A stretch of DNA of 64,000 nucleotides from Wickerhamiella versatilis (Eukaryota). The DNA lies in contig JAQOWU010000003.1 of assembly GCA_030867685.1 (NCBI GenBank), positions 806,001-870,000 of the forward strand. Reading direction: 5' to 3'. Each line of letters starts with the position of its first letter. Position 1 is the stretch's first letter. Below the pieces are notes generated by a model. That model was not told where the DNA came from and did not search any database. It was given only the letters and a program-made list of their open reading frames with translations. Both the position numbers and the translations under genes were made by a program. Positions 1 to 10,789 of the stretch are shown one piece after another.

Positions 1-1052
1 AACTGGACACCAGGAGCTACATGGCGGTCTTTTACTACAGCCGCAGCAGCCTCGATATCAGAAAGCCTTGAGTTAGTACAGGATACCAGGTAAGCTTTAT
101 TAACCTTGATTTTTTGTTCAGAAAGTGTGGAGAGGGGCGTTGATACCTTGACAGAATTCGGTCCGCTGACGCAGGGACTCAAACTTCCTAAATCTAGGGT
201 AAGCTCCTTTGCATAGTATGCATCTGGATCTGACTGGATAATTTGAAGATTATCAACTCGAGAAGCATTGATCCTAGCATGTGGCTGGGGAAGATCATGC
301 ACGCGCTGGTGGTACCATTCAAGAGTAGTGCTATCAATTGGAAATAGTCCTGTCAGAGCCCCCCATTCAGTGGTCATGTTGGCTATAGTAAGTCTTTCAT
401 CTATCGAAAGACTGGATACGCCATCACCAACGAATTCAAGTGCGTGATTTAATACCTCATCGTGATTGAATAAACCACATAGTGCTACGATAACATCTTT
501 ACCTGAAACCCCAGCAGGTAGAGATCCTTGAAGATGTATTCTGGCCACGGGAGGGATCTGCCACCAAGTCACCCCTGTCGCCCATATCGCAGCAGCATCA
601 GTTCTCACAACAGGAGTACCCAAACAGCCTATTCCTCCATATGTGTTACTGTGAGAGTCTGAGGCCACTGTGAGATTATAAGGAAATGCATATCCCTCCT
701 CAATCATAATCTGATGACCTATACCTCGACCGGCAGGATAAAAATCGACACCTTGGTCCTTCGCAAACTGTTGAATATTCCGATACTTAGCAAGGTTTTT
801 TTCACTATGGTTTTGAACATCATGATCTAGGGTCATCACAACTTGCCGATTATCTGAAATCTTTGAAGCACCAAGACTTTTAAACTTCAGAGCAACCGGC
901 CAAGAGTTATCATGCGTCATACAATGAGACGGCCTTATTGAGACATAATCACCCGAGTGAACGTCTTTTTTAGCTCCGACAGCATATCTCTGAATGATCT
1001 TTTCTGTCAGATTCTGCGCGAGCCTAGTTCTACCCGTCGAGAAACGTCGCAT
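1..1052 (-). CDS. LYS4: Mitochondrial homoaconitase (5' part; continues beyond window start)
   Basis: Hand translation of the minus strand from ATG at 1052: [26 protein letters not shown]...[15 protein letters not shown]...[11 protein letters not shown]...[11 protein letters not shown]...[13 protein letters not shown]; aconitase-family motifs typical of Lys4. Not in the ORF track because it runs off the edge. Confidence 0.93.
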   Translation of the reverse strand, partial: MRRFSTGRTRLAQNLTEKIIQRYAVGAKKDVHSGDYVSIRPSHCMTHDNSWPVALKFKSLGASKISDNRQVVMTLDHDVQNHSEKNLAKYRNIQQFAKDQGVDFYPAGRGIGHQIMIEEGYAFPYNLTVASDSHSNTYGGIGCLGTPVVRTDAAAIWATGVTWWQIPPVARIHLQGSLPAGVSGKDVIVALCGLFNHDEVLNHALEFVGDGVSSLSIDERLTIANMTTEWGALTGLFPIDSTTLEWYHQRVHDLPQPHARINASRVDNLQIIQSDPDAYYAKELTLDLGSLSPCVSGPNSVKVSTPLSTLSEQKIKVNKAYLVSCTNSRLSDIEAAAAVVKDRHVAPGVQ

Positions 1053-1379
1053 TTAAGTGACTAATTTGGAGACAGCCGAAAGGATTTTTTTGGCTTGACT
1101 TAACAGTACAGAATTTAGATAAAGCTGGAGTTGATAGTTGATAGATTTTGCATTACCAATGAGAAAAGATACTTATGCTTTTTCTCTCAGGTCAGCGATC
1201 TTGAATCGGGGTCTTCTGATTCGTCGGTCCCACTTCATCCACAATACACACATTACGGTGGATTTCCAGGATCATACCTCGGATTTTAAGTGAGCTACGA
1301 CGAAAATAATACCTTTACCGCCATTAATAAATGTCTAATCCTTCCTCCAGAGTAAAAAATGGCTAAATCACTACACAAT

Positions 1380-2390
1380 TTAAGGGGCGTTTTTAGATAC
1401 AAACTTATTGACCTTGTCCTGGTCAATAGGAATGTTACCGGCCAGAGAGGGCACACTGTCAAACTTCGAGAAAACATCCTCAGGCACCTGTGCAGTATGT
1501 GTAGTAGTAGTGGTCTTGGTCTCAACTGGAATGGAACCAGCAGCCTTAGATGGAGAGACGGTCTCGCCAGTAGTAGTAGACTTAGGGGCAGCGCTGGGAC
1601 TCTTGCTGGTTACTGGAGCTGAGGGAGCTGCGTGAGTTGCGGAAGCCGCGGAAGCCGCAGGACTTGTCGAAGCACCAGAAGTGAAGGCTGTAGGTTTTGC
1701 ACTAGCACCATCGAAATCCTTGACAGGGCTTACATTAGCCTTAGCTGGAAACCCGCCACGGTTTCCGACGAGCTTCTTAACGAAGTCGATCTGAGGACCA
1801 GCCTTAGCATATGCAGCATCACCAACCTTTTTGGCATGGTCAGATGCCTGGGAGCGCAACTCCGTGATGGCATCATCGACTTGGGTCTTGAACTGCAGAT
1901 ACAAAGGTGGGAGACCAAATACAAGTACAATGGAAAATAGTACGAGGAACTTCACGCTGAAAATTCCAAGCAATGAGTAAACTAGTCTGCATACAGCGGC
2001 GATTTTCAGTCCCTTGACTGGGTTCTTAGCATCCAGGACATTTTCCACGCCGGAAATGACCTTACGTAGAAGATTTGACAAAGCGTTAGCCGCTTGGTTT
2101 GCGACAGTGTGGTTGAGAGGAAGGAACCTGGAGGGCTTAGCAGCAGCAATAAAACCCTGCTGTTGGCCATTAAGATGCTTGCTGACCAGCTCAATAAGGC
2201 TAAACAACCCCACAAGCCAGAAGCTCAGGCGCAAGAACAATCTGAGAGTAAGGGGGCTGGACAAAACAACAAAAATCCCAAGACTTTCTGCGAGCAGCAG
2301 ACCAGTCTCCTGAGGATTCCGCCAGCTCAACGCTGGCGGGACATTGAAACCCTGAAATCCGGACTTAGGTGTCGTAGGTTGTGTGGACAT
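1380..2390 (-). CDS. RTN1: Reticulon-like ER-shaping protein with Ser/Thr/Ala-rich C-terminal tail
   Basis: LSWRNPQETG start of the reticulon domain, two long hydrophobic hairpins, LPPLY..FKTQVD motif. Confidence 0.85.
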   Translation of the reverse strand: MSTQPTTPKSGFQGFNVPPALSWRNPQETGLLLAESLGIFVVLSSPLTLRLFLRLSFWLVGLFSLIELVSKHLNGQQQGFIAAAKPSRFLPLNHTVANQAANALSNLLRKVISGVENVLDAKNPVKGLKIAAVCRLVYSLLGIFSVKFLVLFSIVLVFGLPPLYLQFKTQVDDAITELRSQASDHAKKVGDAAYAKAGPQIDFVKKLVGNRGGFPAKANVSPVKDFDGASAKPTAFTSGASTSPAASAASATHAAPSAPVTSKSPSAAPKSTTTGETVSPSKAAGSIPVETKTTTTTHTAQVPEDVFSKFDSVPSLAGNIPIDQDKVNKFVSKNAP

Positions 2391-3340
2391 ATTCGTGAAA
2401 AGGGCAAGTAGGATTCTTTGTTGCTTAGTGGTTCATTAAAATCGATTGCTACAAACAGTGGTTAGGTAGCAAATGCATATATTGGGTAAGGGCTACCGGC
2501 AAATAGCAAGCCACCGTCTCTTATTTTGAAAAGCTATATCTAGAGACGGATTTTCAGTGATCTAACGTTAATATCTGAGGTAATTACATGGTCCCCACCC
2601 AAAGTATGACATGATCGCGTGACCTCAATCTTATCGCACAGTCAGCTATTTTCTAAGTCAAGCTTCTTACTTTCTGACTTCCAGTTCCAGATAGAGGAAT
2701 GACACCAATATCGGTACGATAACTTTAAACCGCAAGAAATCAGGAATACTCTTCGATTTCTGATCTTAGTGTTTCCCAATGCCGCATGAAGCTTTTCGGC
2801 CGATGTGATAAAACGTCGGTTTCTGGCATTGAACTATAGTATGGATATTGAGATAAAGGAAACGATCTACACATCCTATATATTGGGCTTGCAACAAGAT
2901 AAAGTGTTTTGAAGACTGTGTTTTTCTTTTATTTTGCCTATCGCGAGACACACGGCAACCTTTCCTATAACACGTCCAAGCGGCCGAGCAAATGGTGGTG
3001 GATGGCGCACAACTGATGGTTAAATTTATCTAAATTCTACCTAAATACTTCCTGTTCCAGTTTTCGAAGGAATGATATAAAAATCTCTTAGCTAATAAGC
3101 CACAGAAATATGTCACCGTACCAAACGGCTGCATGCTTTGAATTTATACGAAATTGAATTCGGTGTGTTCATTATTGTATCAAAAGCGCCTATATAAATT
3201 GCTATTGAATAAACCTAGGGTAGATAGGGTAGATGATCCCGTTACCGTTAGATCTGTGATTAGTTGCGTATTCATCGCAAAACTTCAGCTTGTCCCAAAA
3301 TATCGAGAATACAATTGTCAAAAAAAATTAAATAGCAGGT

Positions 3341-4312
3341 TTAACCATATATTTTTTCAAGCCCATCTCTCAAAACTTGAACATTGTACTCTATCAAGGT
3401 CATTTTTTGAGAGCTCTCAGCCGTGGACATCCCAACTAGCAATAGGCCTTGCAACATTTGGGAAAGATAAATAACTGTTCCATTTTGAAATCTTGATGAG
3501 CATAAACTGCGTTCCTTATCCATGATACGGCTTGACATGGACGGTTGGGTGGCAGATGGCGTTAAAACCTGTGACCCCATACTTTGGGAATAAAGTGAGC
3601 CAAGGTCTAGAGCAACATCTATAAAATCTGAGCAGACCTGGTACGTTTCCACGTCTACAGGACTTGAATCTGTAGCCAGGTATATTTTTGACACAGCATC
3701 AAACAAGAAAGCTTTCTCGACCCCACTTCGCAAACAGAAAAGATCAAGAAGCTGCGTCAATGTGCTGAATTCAGGTACCAGTTTTTGCACAATTCTTGAG
3801 AATGCTTCAATAATAGACTGGTCGAATATAGAAGTCATGTGAAATGTCAGATCAGTGTCATATGTGCCAACATCAACCAGGTCATCATTGATTCTCTGTA
3901 TTATGTCTCTCTGTGTATCTTGCCGAAATTCTTCATTTAATCCATCCACTTTGTGTATTAAGACTTCAAAGTGTATCTTGGGATTGACTTTATAGGCCTC
4001 CTCGATGACTTGGACCACATTCTGCAATGCGAGTAAATACTCATCCTGAGAATCAATAACATATACAATAGAATTCACTTCCCGGAAAAGTTCCGTGTGG
4101 TCGATGGTCGAATCCCAAATATCAAGCTGTCCAGGGATTTCTTGTAAGTCAAATCCCACTAGAGAGTCCAGTCTTTCTGTGGTTGGCTTGGCAGTGGATT
4201 CCAAGTAAAGCGTCTCCAATGGCTGCATATTATGAAAAATTACCTGGCGAATGCTACTTTTTCCGCCTCTGCGCAGGCCCATCAGCAAGATTTTGGGGCG
4301 ATTGTTCGGCAT
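3341..4312 (-). CDS. GTR2: Rag GTPase Gtr2 (RagC/D)
   Basis: ILLMGLRRGGKSSI P-loop, HKVDGL, TSIFD, SKIYLATDSSPVD; first in-frame ATG at 4312. Confidence 0.95.
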   Translation of the reverse strand: MPNNRPKILLMGLRRGGKSSIRQVIFHNMQPLETLYLESTAKPTTERLDSLVGFDLQEIPGQLDIWDSTIDHTELFREVNSIVYVIDSQDEYLLALQNVVQVIEEAYKVNPKIHFEVLIHKVDGLNEEFRQDTQRDIIQRINDDLVDVGTYDTDLTFHMTSIFDQSIIEAFSRIVQKLVPEFSTLTQLLDLFCLRSGVEKAFLFDAVSKIYLATDSSPVDVETYQVCSDFIDVALDLGSLYSQSMGSQVLTPSATQPSMSSRIMDKERSLCSSRFQNGTVIYLSQMLQGLLLVGMSTAESSQKMTLIEYNVQVLRDGLEKIYG

Positions 4313-4448
4313 GTCTGATGACAAAGAAGAGCCATCCGATTCTTGTACAACTACTTCATTCTCTATAAGGATGTAGACCCCACCAACATTAAGGACTAGG
4401 AGTGTTCGGAATCTTTTTATCTATCGCCGATTCCATCAAAGACTGGGT

Positions 4449-4490
4449 CTTTGACTTTGACTTTCACTTTCACTTTCACTTTCACTTTAA
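4449..4490. repeat. Hexanucleotide tandem repeat (CTTTVA)x7
   Basis: ctttga ctttga ctttca ctttca ctttca ctttca ctttaa read directly. Confidence 0.9.
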
Positions 4491-4780
4491 ACTCAATTTT
4501 TTAGCTTTTTCTGCGCATAACATTGAGAGTTGGGCAAAGTCTTGGTAGACCAAATTGCTAAGAAATGGAAACAGAGACTTTCGGGATATATATAATTCCG
4601 ATTCTAACTAAGTAAGTAGCAAAATATTGATTTTAACGTTTCTTCAAACATGCAAACTAAACAACGATTTTTTTTATGGGAAGTTCTGAATTAAGCCGAG
4701 CTGGATTACTAGTGGAAATTCGACTGCCACTATCCCGACTTGGTGTGATTTGCCGATTTGGAGAAGTTGCGTCATTTCAA

Positions 4781-4791
4781 GTGATCACGTG
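4781..4791. promoter_or_regulatory. E-box (TCACGTG, Cbf1/bHLH-type) within GTGATCACGTG
   Basis: The same 11-mer occurs inverted at 14880-14890, also intergenic. Confidence 0.4.
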
Positions 4792-5579
4792 ATTTTTATT
4801 TGCAAACCGAAGAAAACTTCTTTTCTAAACGAGGAACGACGAGCATTGGGAATATACGAATCAATGAACAGAAAATTAATATCCCCACTGTATAAGTCTA
4901 TATTGCTATATATATATATAGTGTAAACTATTAATGGTGAGACAACGATTCTCGAACATGCCCTCGGACCTTAGCTGATTTCATTAGGTGATATATTCTA
5001 CAACAACTCTTTGAATAAAAACTTAATCACTATAATACATTCCAAGAAGTTACTGAGGAGATGCTGTCCCCTTTTGCTGAGAAAGATAGAGGGTTCCGTA
5101 TTGACTCTCCCAATTAGCGTATTCTCGCTGAGGATTGTGACGCACTAGTTTCTAAATTTACCATTGACCTCTTTCGGAAGTATATTTTAGTGAATGGACT
5201 TGATGGTATCGGCCTTAACATTAAGAATGAATGAGATATTTCCAACTTTGGAGAAGCGCCCTAACCCGGATAACAAACATCATGAACCATGAAAAAAGGC
5301 AAATGCTTGTGTTTTCGACAGTAGTTTTTTGCTATACTTCCAAATATGACCTTTTATATTTCAATTATATATTTTTTTTCGAGTTTTATTCACCTATTGT
5401 CTAGAGTATACATACTGCGTTCTAAAAATGCAGTTATGTTCTGACTAAGAGAGAGAATCCTGAGCTGGGTTTGGGTAGAAGGCTGGACTTTTATTATTTA
5501 TCTCGGGTACACCCCTCTGCTCACAATCAGGTGTACTCCTATCACACATTCAGAACCAAAACCATCTTAATCAGTCACA

Positions 5580-5843
5580 ATGGACTCTAATAGTCTGAAT
5601 ACAGCATTCGAGGAGTTGTACATTCCTGAGAGCCCACGGAGAGAGCAGCCAAGCGTTCCTCCCGTGGCGCCATCGCTCGTTATGCAAGATAAAACTACTG
5701 ACACCACTCACCATTTGAGGTGCGGCTGTTGTCCTAATGCCTGCATTCATCAGAAGGCATGGTGGAACTACGAGGAGCCTTTCGTGCGCCCGTCGCTTGC
5801 CACTGCCCGATCATCAAGCAGTATCCAAACTGCCGAATATTAA
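5580..5843 (+). CDS. Small hypothetical protein (87 aa) with HHxxCxCCxxxCxH cluster
   Basis: ATG in A-rich context (cacaATG), coding-like composition, AT-rich 3' flank; no recognised family. Confidence 0.5.
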   Translation: MDSNSLNTAFEELYIPESPRREQPSVPPVAPSLVMQDKTTDTTHHLRCGCCPNACIHQKAWWNYEEPFVRPSLATARSSSSIQTAEY

Positions 5844-6142
5844 GGAACTGCGCCATGTTTTGTGAACTAGCTCACCTAACAATGGATTATTTATTCATCC
5901 ATCTATATAGTGCTCTGTAAGAATTAAGACACATTTTAACGCATTGAACTCGTAGAAGCGGCTGGACTCGACAAACTTGGTAACGGGTAATTACTCTTAT
6001 TCATCACAACTGTAATCAGGTGGGTATAGCTAAATGATATGATAAAGCTTTGATTGTTGCTTATGAAATTAAGTTCTCATTTAGTCTAGTTATATTACTC
6101 AAGAATAAATTAAAATGATTTTCACCTATTTGGAATCAACAA

Positions 6143-6766
6143 ATGTGGTATGGCATACTGTTCGTCCTTCTTCACACCGTCCTAGCTGTCTACTTTCCCG
6201 ATTCTCTTGTAACTAGGGACCTTGATACTGCTAATGTGCCCCTTGTACGACCTAGATCTGATTCTTTACAGGCCGCTGTACAATCTGCTATGGATGCTTT
6301 AACCCAGAACTTCAATCAACTGAATAATGGCAGCACCCAATCAATGAACGAGTTAATAGATCAATTTGACAATAGCGTGGAAGTAATTGCCAGTGACCTC
6401 CAGAGCTTTGCACAGCCTGGAGATAATGATGGGTATCCGACCTGGATTTCAAAGCTCCTGATACAACCATTCGCGAACATAGTGTCGAAATCAACTGCAC
6501 AGATGACCAATGATGTATACAGTGGCTCTTTCAACACTACACAAGTCAATATAGAGGCATATATTCGTACCTTGGGCACAGTATCCCAAATCGTAGATAT
6601 GTATGGGTACGACAGCGGCCCCATTTCGAATGCCGCAACACAGCTACGTGATGCAGTGACCTGGCGTTCATCTCATCCTGAAGGAGTGCGTCAGAGAACA
6701 ACACCGAGTGTTACAATCAGTGAAGTTTTCGAGGGACCTACACATTCTGTGTCTGGTTGGGACTAG
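6143..6766 (+). CDS. Hypothetical secreted protein (207 aa)
   Basis: N-terminal signal peptide MWYGILFVLLHTVLA, helical-looking mature region, N-glycosylation sequons NGS and NTT. Confidence 0.7.
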   Translation: MWYGILFVLLHTVLAVYFPDSLVTRDLDTANVPLVRPRSDSLQAAVQSAMDALTQNFNQLNNGSTQSMNELIDQFDNSVEVIASDLQSFAQPGDNDGYPTWISKLLIQPFANIVSKSTAQMTNDVYSGSFNTTQVNIEAYIRTLGTVSQIVDMYGYDSGPISNAATQLRDAVTWRSSHPEGVRQRTTPSVTISEVFEGPTHSVSGWD

Positions 6767-6956
6767 AAAAGTTACAGGATGAAAGATCCAGGTGCATAGA
6801 TTGTTGAACCCTAATCGCACTTCGCGAAAGTCGAATATGAATGATAGTAGTATACTTTTTAGAAGATAGATAGCTAGAAATAACTATTCAGGCTTTACTG
6901 GAGCTCATATAGATGGTGAGATTTAGCATGAAGTGATGCCTGAATGATTAGCCGGC

Positions 6957-7328
6957 ATGTGGTCCGGTGGTTATGTAAGAGATCCACCAACGGGCGCAGA
7001 GAAGTCGATGAGTATGAACACTATGGCCTCAATTCCTTCGTTGCATCAAAGGCGCTTATGGCAAAGGGAGAGGCAGTTTGAGGAAGAAGCTGATAGGCTT
7101 AATCTTCTCATTGCGTCTCAGAATCTCCGTGATCTTTCAGCAGCACTACATAAGACGGGTAGACGAAGGGCAGCGGCATTTATCCAAATATGGGTTTTCG
7201 ACCCCCTGAAAAGGTTTATAAGTTGGCTCTATACCCAGATTGAACAGGCTAAGAGGAGTGGTGCATTTCGTGCAGTAATTATGGCAGTGCTACGATTTGT
7301 TGTATGGTTAAATTTCAATAAATGGTAG
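6957..7328 (+). CDS. Hypothetical protein (123 aa) with hydrophobic C-terminus
   Basis: ATG-initiated ORF, coiled-coil-like middle, C-terminal AVIMAVLRFVVWL segment. Confidence 0.5.
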   Translation: MWSGGYVRDPPTGAEKSMSMNTMASIPSLHQRRLWQRERQFEEEADRLNLLIASQNLRDLSAALHKTGRRRAAAFIQIWVFDPLKRFISWLYTQIEQAKRSGAFRAVIMAVLRFVVWLNFNKW

Positions 7329-7551
7329 TTAGCAAAAAGGACTATTCTAGTAAACACTATTACCTGTTTCCGCTAAAAAACGGTAGCAACTCGTCTAAGG
7401 ATGTTTTATTTCAGACATGTTGTGAGTGTTAATTTGGAATCACTAACCGTAATAGTCATCCGCTAATCAATATCAAATCAATATTTTTATAGCTTTAATA
7501 ACCTGCTAAATCCCTGAAACTAAAGATCTACAATACGGCTAGAGGCACTGT

Positions 7552-9204
7552 TTAAGCAAATTTGTAGTCACCTCCAATCCAGCGTTCAAGCAGTTCAAGA
7601 GAAGATTCGGGTTGATCATGAGGCACCATATGACCAGCACCATAGACTCTCAGGAATGTATAATGTTTGTAGTTACGCTTCTGACCAACCTCAGTACCGT
7701 TTGAAGATACCCATGGCGTCAATGGCTTCTCAGCAAATTTCTCATGGCCTGACCATGGCAACTCATGTGTCCAATGCTCATTCCCCACCCAGTTGCAAAT
7801 GAAGTCAAGATCGCCCGAGTAGTAGAGCTGGGGCAAACCTGCCTCCAGGAGATCAGCAACGGCAGTGTAGTATGGCTTCATCCAATCTCCATGGAAAAGG
7901 AATGCGCCATTGAGGTCAAAGTTACAGCCGTGGTACTCCTCAGTTTCCTCAGTTCCAAGTGCCTCCTTCACATGATCCAGATTTAGGTATTGTTCAATCA
8001 AGTCCAGCTCCGGGTAGCATAGCCCATTGTCACCAGAACAGTTCTGAGAGATGTCATAGACATTTCTTCCTGTACGCTGGTAGGGTCCCATCATGACGTT
8101 GTTACAGTAGATAGATGCAGGGACACAGACCCAAGCCGATTCACTGGCATAACAGGATTCAATAAGCTGGTTGCACCGTGGTTGCGCATTGATCATATCT
8201 TCACACTCTTCCTCGTCTAGGACGGCAGGGTAGCCACCGTCTCCGCAAGCCATCTTCTCGTAACCATCATACTGGCGAAGGGGGTCAGTGAGACCATTTC
8301 CTACGAGCAAAGATGTGAGATTGAAGCTACGATCTTCGTGGCTTAGAATTTCCTTACCGAAAACGGGAATGTAATGGCCAGCATAAGATTCCCCGGCAAT
8401 ATGGAAATCCCGTCCAAGATACTCTGGGAATTGCTGGAAAAACAGTTCTAAGAAGGCGTAGGTATCCTGACCGGCGGTTACTGTATCAGTAACATCTTCT
8501 TCACCCTCATTATATGAGTAGCCTGTTCCGACAGGCTGATCAAGGTAGATAACATTGGCATTCTTATTCCAGGCATGTTCGTTACGAATGGGTTTCAGGT
8601 CTGGCCCAATTGTGGACGGTCCGAGCTCAAAGAACAACCCAGTAAGAGAGGAGCATCCTGGGCCACCATTGAGCCACAAAACGACAGGTGCATTTTTGGG
8701 GTCATTACGGGCCTCAAAGAACCAGAAAAAGAGGTGCTTCTCTTCCTCACTACCAATATCCAGGTATCCGGAAAGTTGCTTTGTATCGTCGACACCGAGC
8801 TTACCAGGATGCTTTACCCTGAGACTATGCTCCGGGAATTTCGAGGAAGACACATGGTAATCCCAGCCATCAGTCTTGATAGGCTTCTTCAAGTGGTTCT
8901 TTGACTTCTTCATGATCTTATCAAGTCGGTTACGCATGCCCTGCTCGAGCTTACGGCTACCATCAGGGATTTCATCAACCACAGTTCTCCAAGCACTCTT
9001 AGCCTGCTCTGGGACGGCACCCAGTAACGATCCTGTCTCTTTCTGGACTTTTTGGAGCAATTGCTGCGTGCGGTCCGTAATATCAGACAAGTGATCGTCT
9101 GCTGGTGAGACTAGATCAAAAAAGGAATCTTCAATCGTATCAATAAGGCCTGCCTGTACAGAGGCAGCACCCAAAAGTGCAATGTTCAACAAACCCGGGT
9201 GCAT
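7552..9204 (-). CDS. PRC1: Vacuolar carboxypeptidase Y (peptidase S10)
   Basis: Signal and propeptide, WLNGGPGCSS, GESYAGHY catalytic Ser, GAGHMVP catalytic His. Confidence 0.97.
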   Translation of the reverse strand: MHPGLLNIALLGAASVQAGLIDTIEDSFFDLVSPADDHLSDITDRTQQLLQKVQKETGSLLGAVPEQAKSAWRTVVDEIPDGSRKLEQGMRNRLDKIMKKSKNHLKKPIKTDGWDYHVSSSKFPEHSLRVKHPGKLGVDDTKQLSGYLDIGSEEEKHLFFWFFEARNDPKNAPVVLWLNGGPGCSSLTGLFFELGPSTIGPDLKPIRNEHAWNKNANVIYLDQPVGTGYSYNEGEEDVTDTVTAGQDTYAFLELFFQQFPEYLGRDFHIAGESYAGHYIPVFGKEILSHEDRSFNLTSLLVGNGLTDPLRQYDGYEKMACGDGGYPAVLDEEECEDMINAQPRCNQLIESCYASESAWVCVPASIYCNNVMMGPYQRTGRNVYDISQNCSGDNGLCYPELDLIEQYLNLDHVKEALGTEETEEYHGCNFDLNGAFLFHGDWMKPYYTAVADLLEAGLPQLYYSGDLDFICNWVGNEHWTHELPWSGHEKFAEKPLTPWVSSNGTEVGQKRNYKHYTFLRVYGAGHMVPHDQPESSLELLERWIGGDYKFA

Positions 9205-9455
9205 TTAGTGGGGAGTTAAGATAGTAATCCTGATGGTGGCAACACCCACCCATAAGTGCTTACCCTGTTCTGGAATACCCTTACCCACACACGTACAAAT
9301 CGGGAAAGGGGCTAAACTGTTTAGCAGCACGAAGAAAGTGAACTGATAAGAGGTCAGCTATGAGATATTTCGTTTCATAACTGTGGTACAAAGCTTTTGT
9401 GTCACTGCTATCCTATAAAGTAACCTATGCTGCGTCTTCCACATCTGACATAATC

Positions 9456-10649
9456 ATGTCAGATGACCTTGAGCTTAAAGACGTCTTCGCAGCCGCCACC
9501 AAGCTTGTAGATACGTTAAAGTCTGGGGAGCTCCGACCGCTAAGTAGCGAATTTAAAGAGACGTATGCTGAGTGCCTGAAACTTCTAGCGTTATCCACTC
9601 AGAGGGTGGATCAGCTTGACTTGTTCAGCAGCAACGAAGAAGTGGATGATATCACCACATCCACACTAAAGTATTTCAACATTGATTATTACGCCGCCCT
9701 AGTATTGGAGTCTGTACCAGTTGATGTAAGAGGTTTAGGCGTGCTTAGCCGCGTCGCGTCTATAAAGGTTTCTGTGAGGAAATACCTCGACTTTTTGATT
9801 TTGCTTGATTCTGTGGGTATGATAAAAGACAAAAAGACGCTATTGGAGCAGGTATTCCCCAATGGCTTCGGTGGTGCGTTCGATCTCGAAATTTTCAAAG
9901 GGAACCGCCCTAGAGACTCGGTAGTATCTGACTTTAAAAAGGTGCAGAGGGAAAAGATGTTATTCGAGAACGCCTCAAATAAGATGGACAATGATGAGGA
10001 AGCTGCTCGTAACTTCGAACTAAGACAGCTCAATTACCACGCTGCTATAGCGTGGGATAATGTTCGTCAGTCAACACAGGAACTCAACATGCTGGGAAGC
10101 GCTCTTTCACAAGCTAATGATGATCCTAATTTTTCTAAGGCTGAAATCCTTTATCGGGAGGATGCGTATCCACATGTTCCTGGCATTTCATATGACGTTT
10201 TAAAAGTGCTTTTGGGCCGCAATCGGGCTGTCCCGCCAGAGTCTTTAGCTGAGAATGATGGGAAAGTCACTCTTGCTGACGTGCAGAAGAAGCTTGAGTC
10301 CTCTACACAAGTTGAGCCCCCTAATAATATTCCAAACAAGTTACTAAATAAGAAAGGGCAGCCTATGAAACCGTTTCGAATCGTACCATCTCGTGAAGAT
10401 GTCGGTCGACAAGTTTTCGGCACTGGTCAACAGATGCCAACAATGACGGTAGAAGAACTATTGGCAAAGGAAATGGCTGATGGAAGGATTGTCCAACCAT
10501 CTTCACAAAATTATACGAATGGAGAAGAACATCAGAGCGTGGAAGAAGAATACCGGAAGGATGATGAGGCTACAATGAAAGCACGAGTATGGGACGATTT
10601 CACAGAGGCAAATCCCCGCGGGTCGGGAAATACATTGAACCTAGGATAG
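9456..10649 (+). CDS. TAP42: Tap42/alpha4 PP2A-associated protein
   Basis: LFSSNEEVDDITT, G.PMKPF, QVFG.G..MPTMTVEE, KARVWDDFTEANPRGSGNTLNLG C-terminus; first ATG at 9456. Confidence 0.93.
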   Translation: MSDDLELKDVFAAATKLVDTLKSGELRPLSSEFKETYAECLKLLALSTQRVDQLDLFSSNEEVDDITTSTLKYFNIDYYAALVLESVPVDVRGLGVLSRVASIKVSVRKYLDFLILLDSVGMIKDKKTLLEQVFPNGFGGAFDLEIFKGNRPRDSVVSDFKKVQREKMLFENASNKMDNDEEAARNFELRQLNYHAAIAWDNVRQSTQELNMLGSALSQANDDPNFSKAEILYREDAYPHVPGISYDVLKVLLGRNRAVPPESLAENDGKVTLADVQKKLESSTQVEPPNNIPNKLLNKKGQPMKPFRIVPSREDVGRQVFGTGQQMPTMTVEELLAKEMADGRIVQPSSQNYTNGEEHQSVEEEYRKDDEATMKARVWDDFTEANPRGSGNTLNLG

Positions 10650-10789
10650 AATAGCATAGTGAAGGATCGCATAATTTGCAACTATTTGCCCTATTGAATT
10701 ATTCGCACTTAGATTATAGCAAAAAGGCCCAGGCTAAGTTCATCTGTCGTGGGGTGGAATTTCTGAGTCAGCTCAGACGAGGAACGAAG

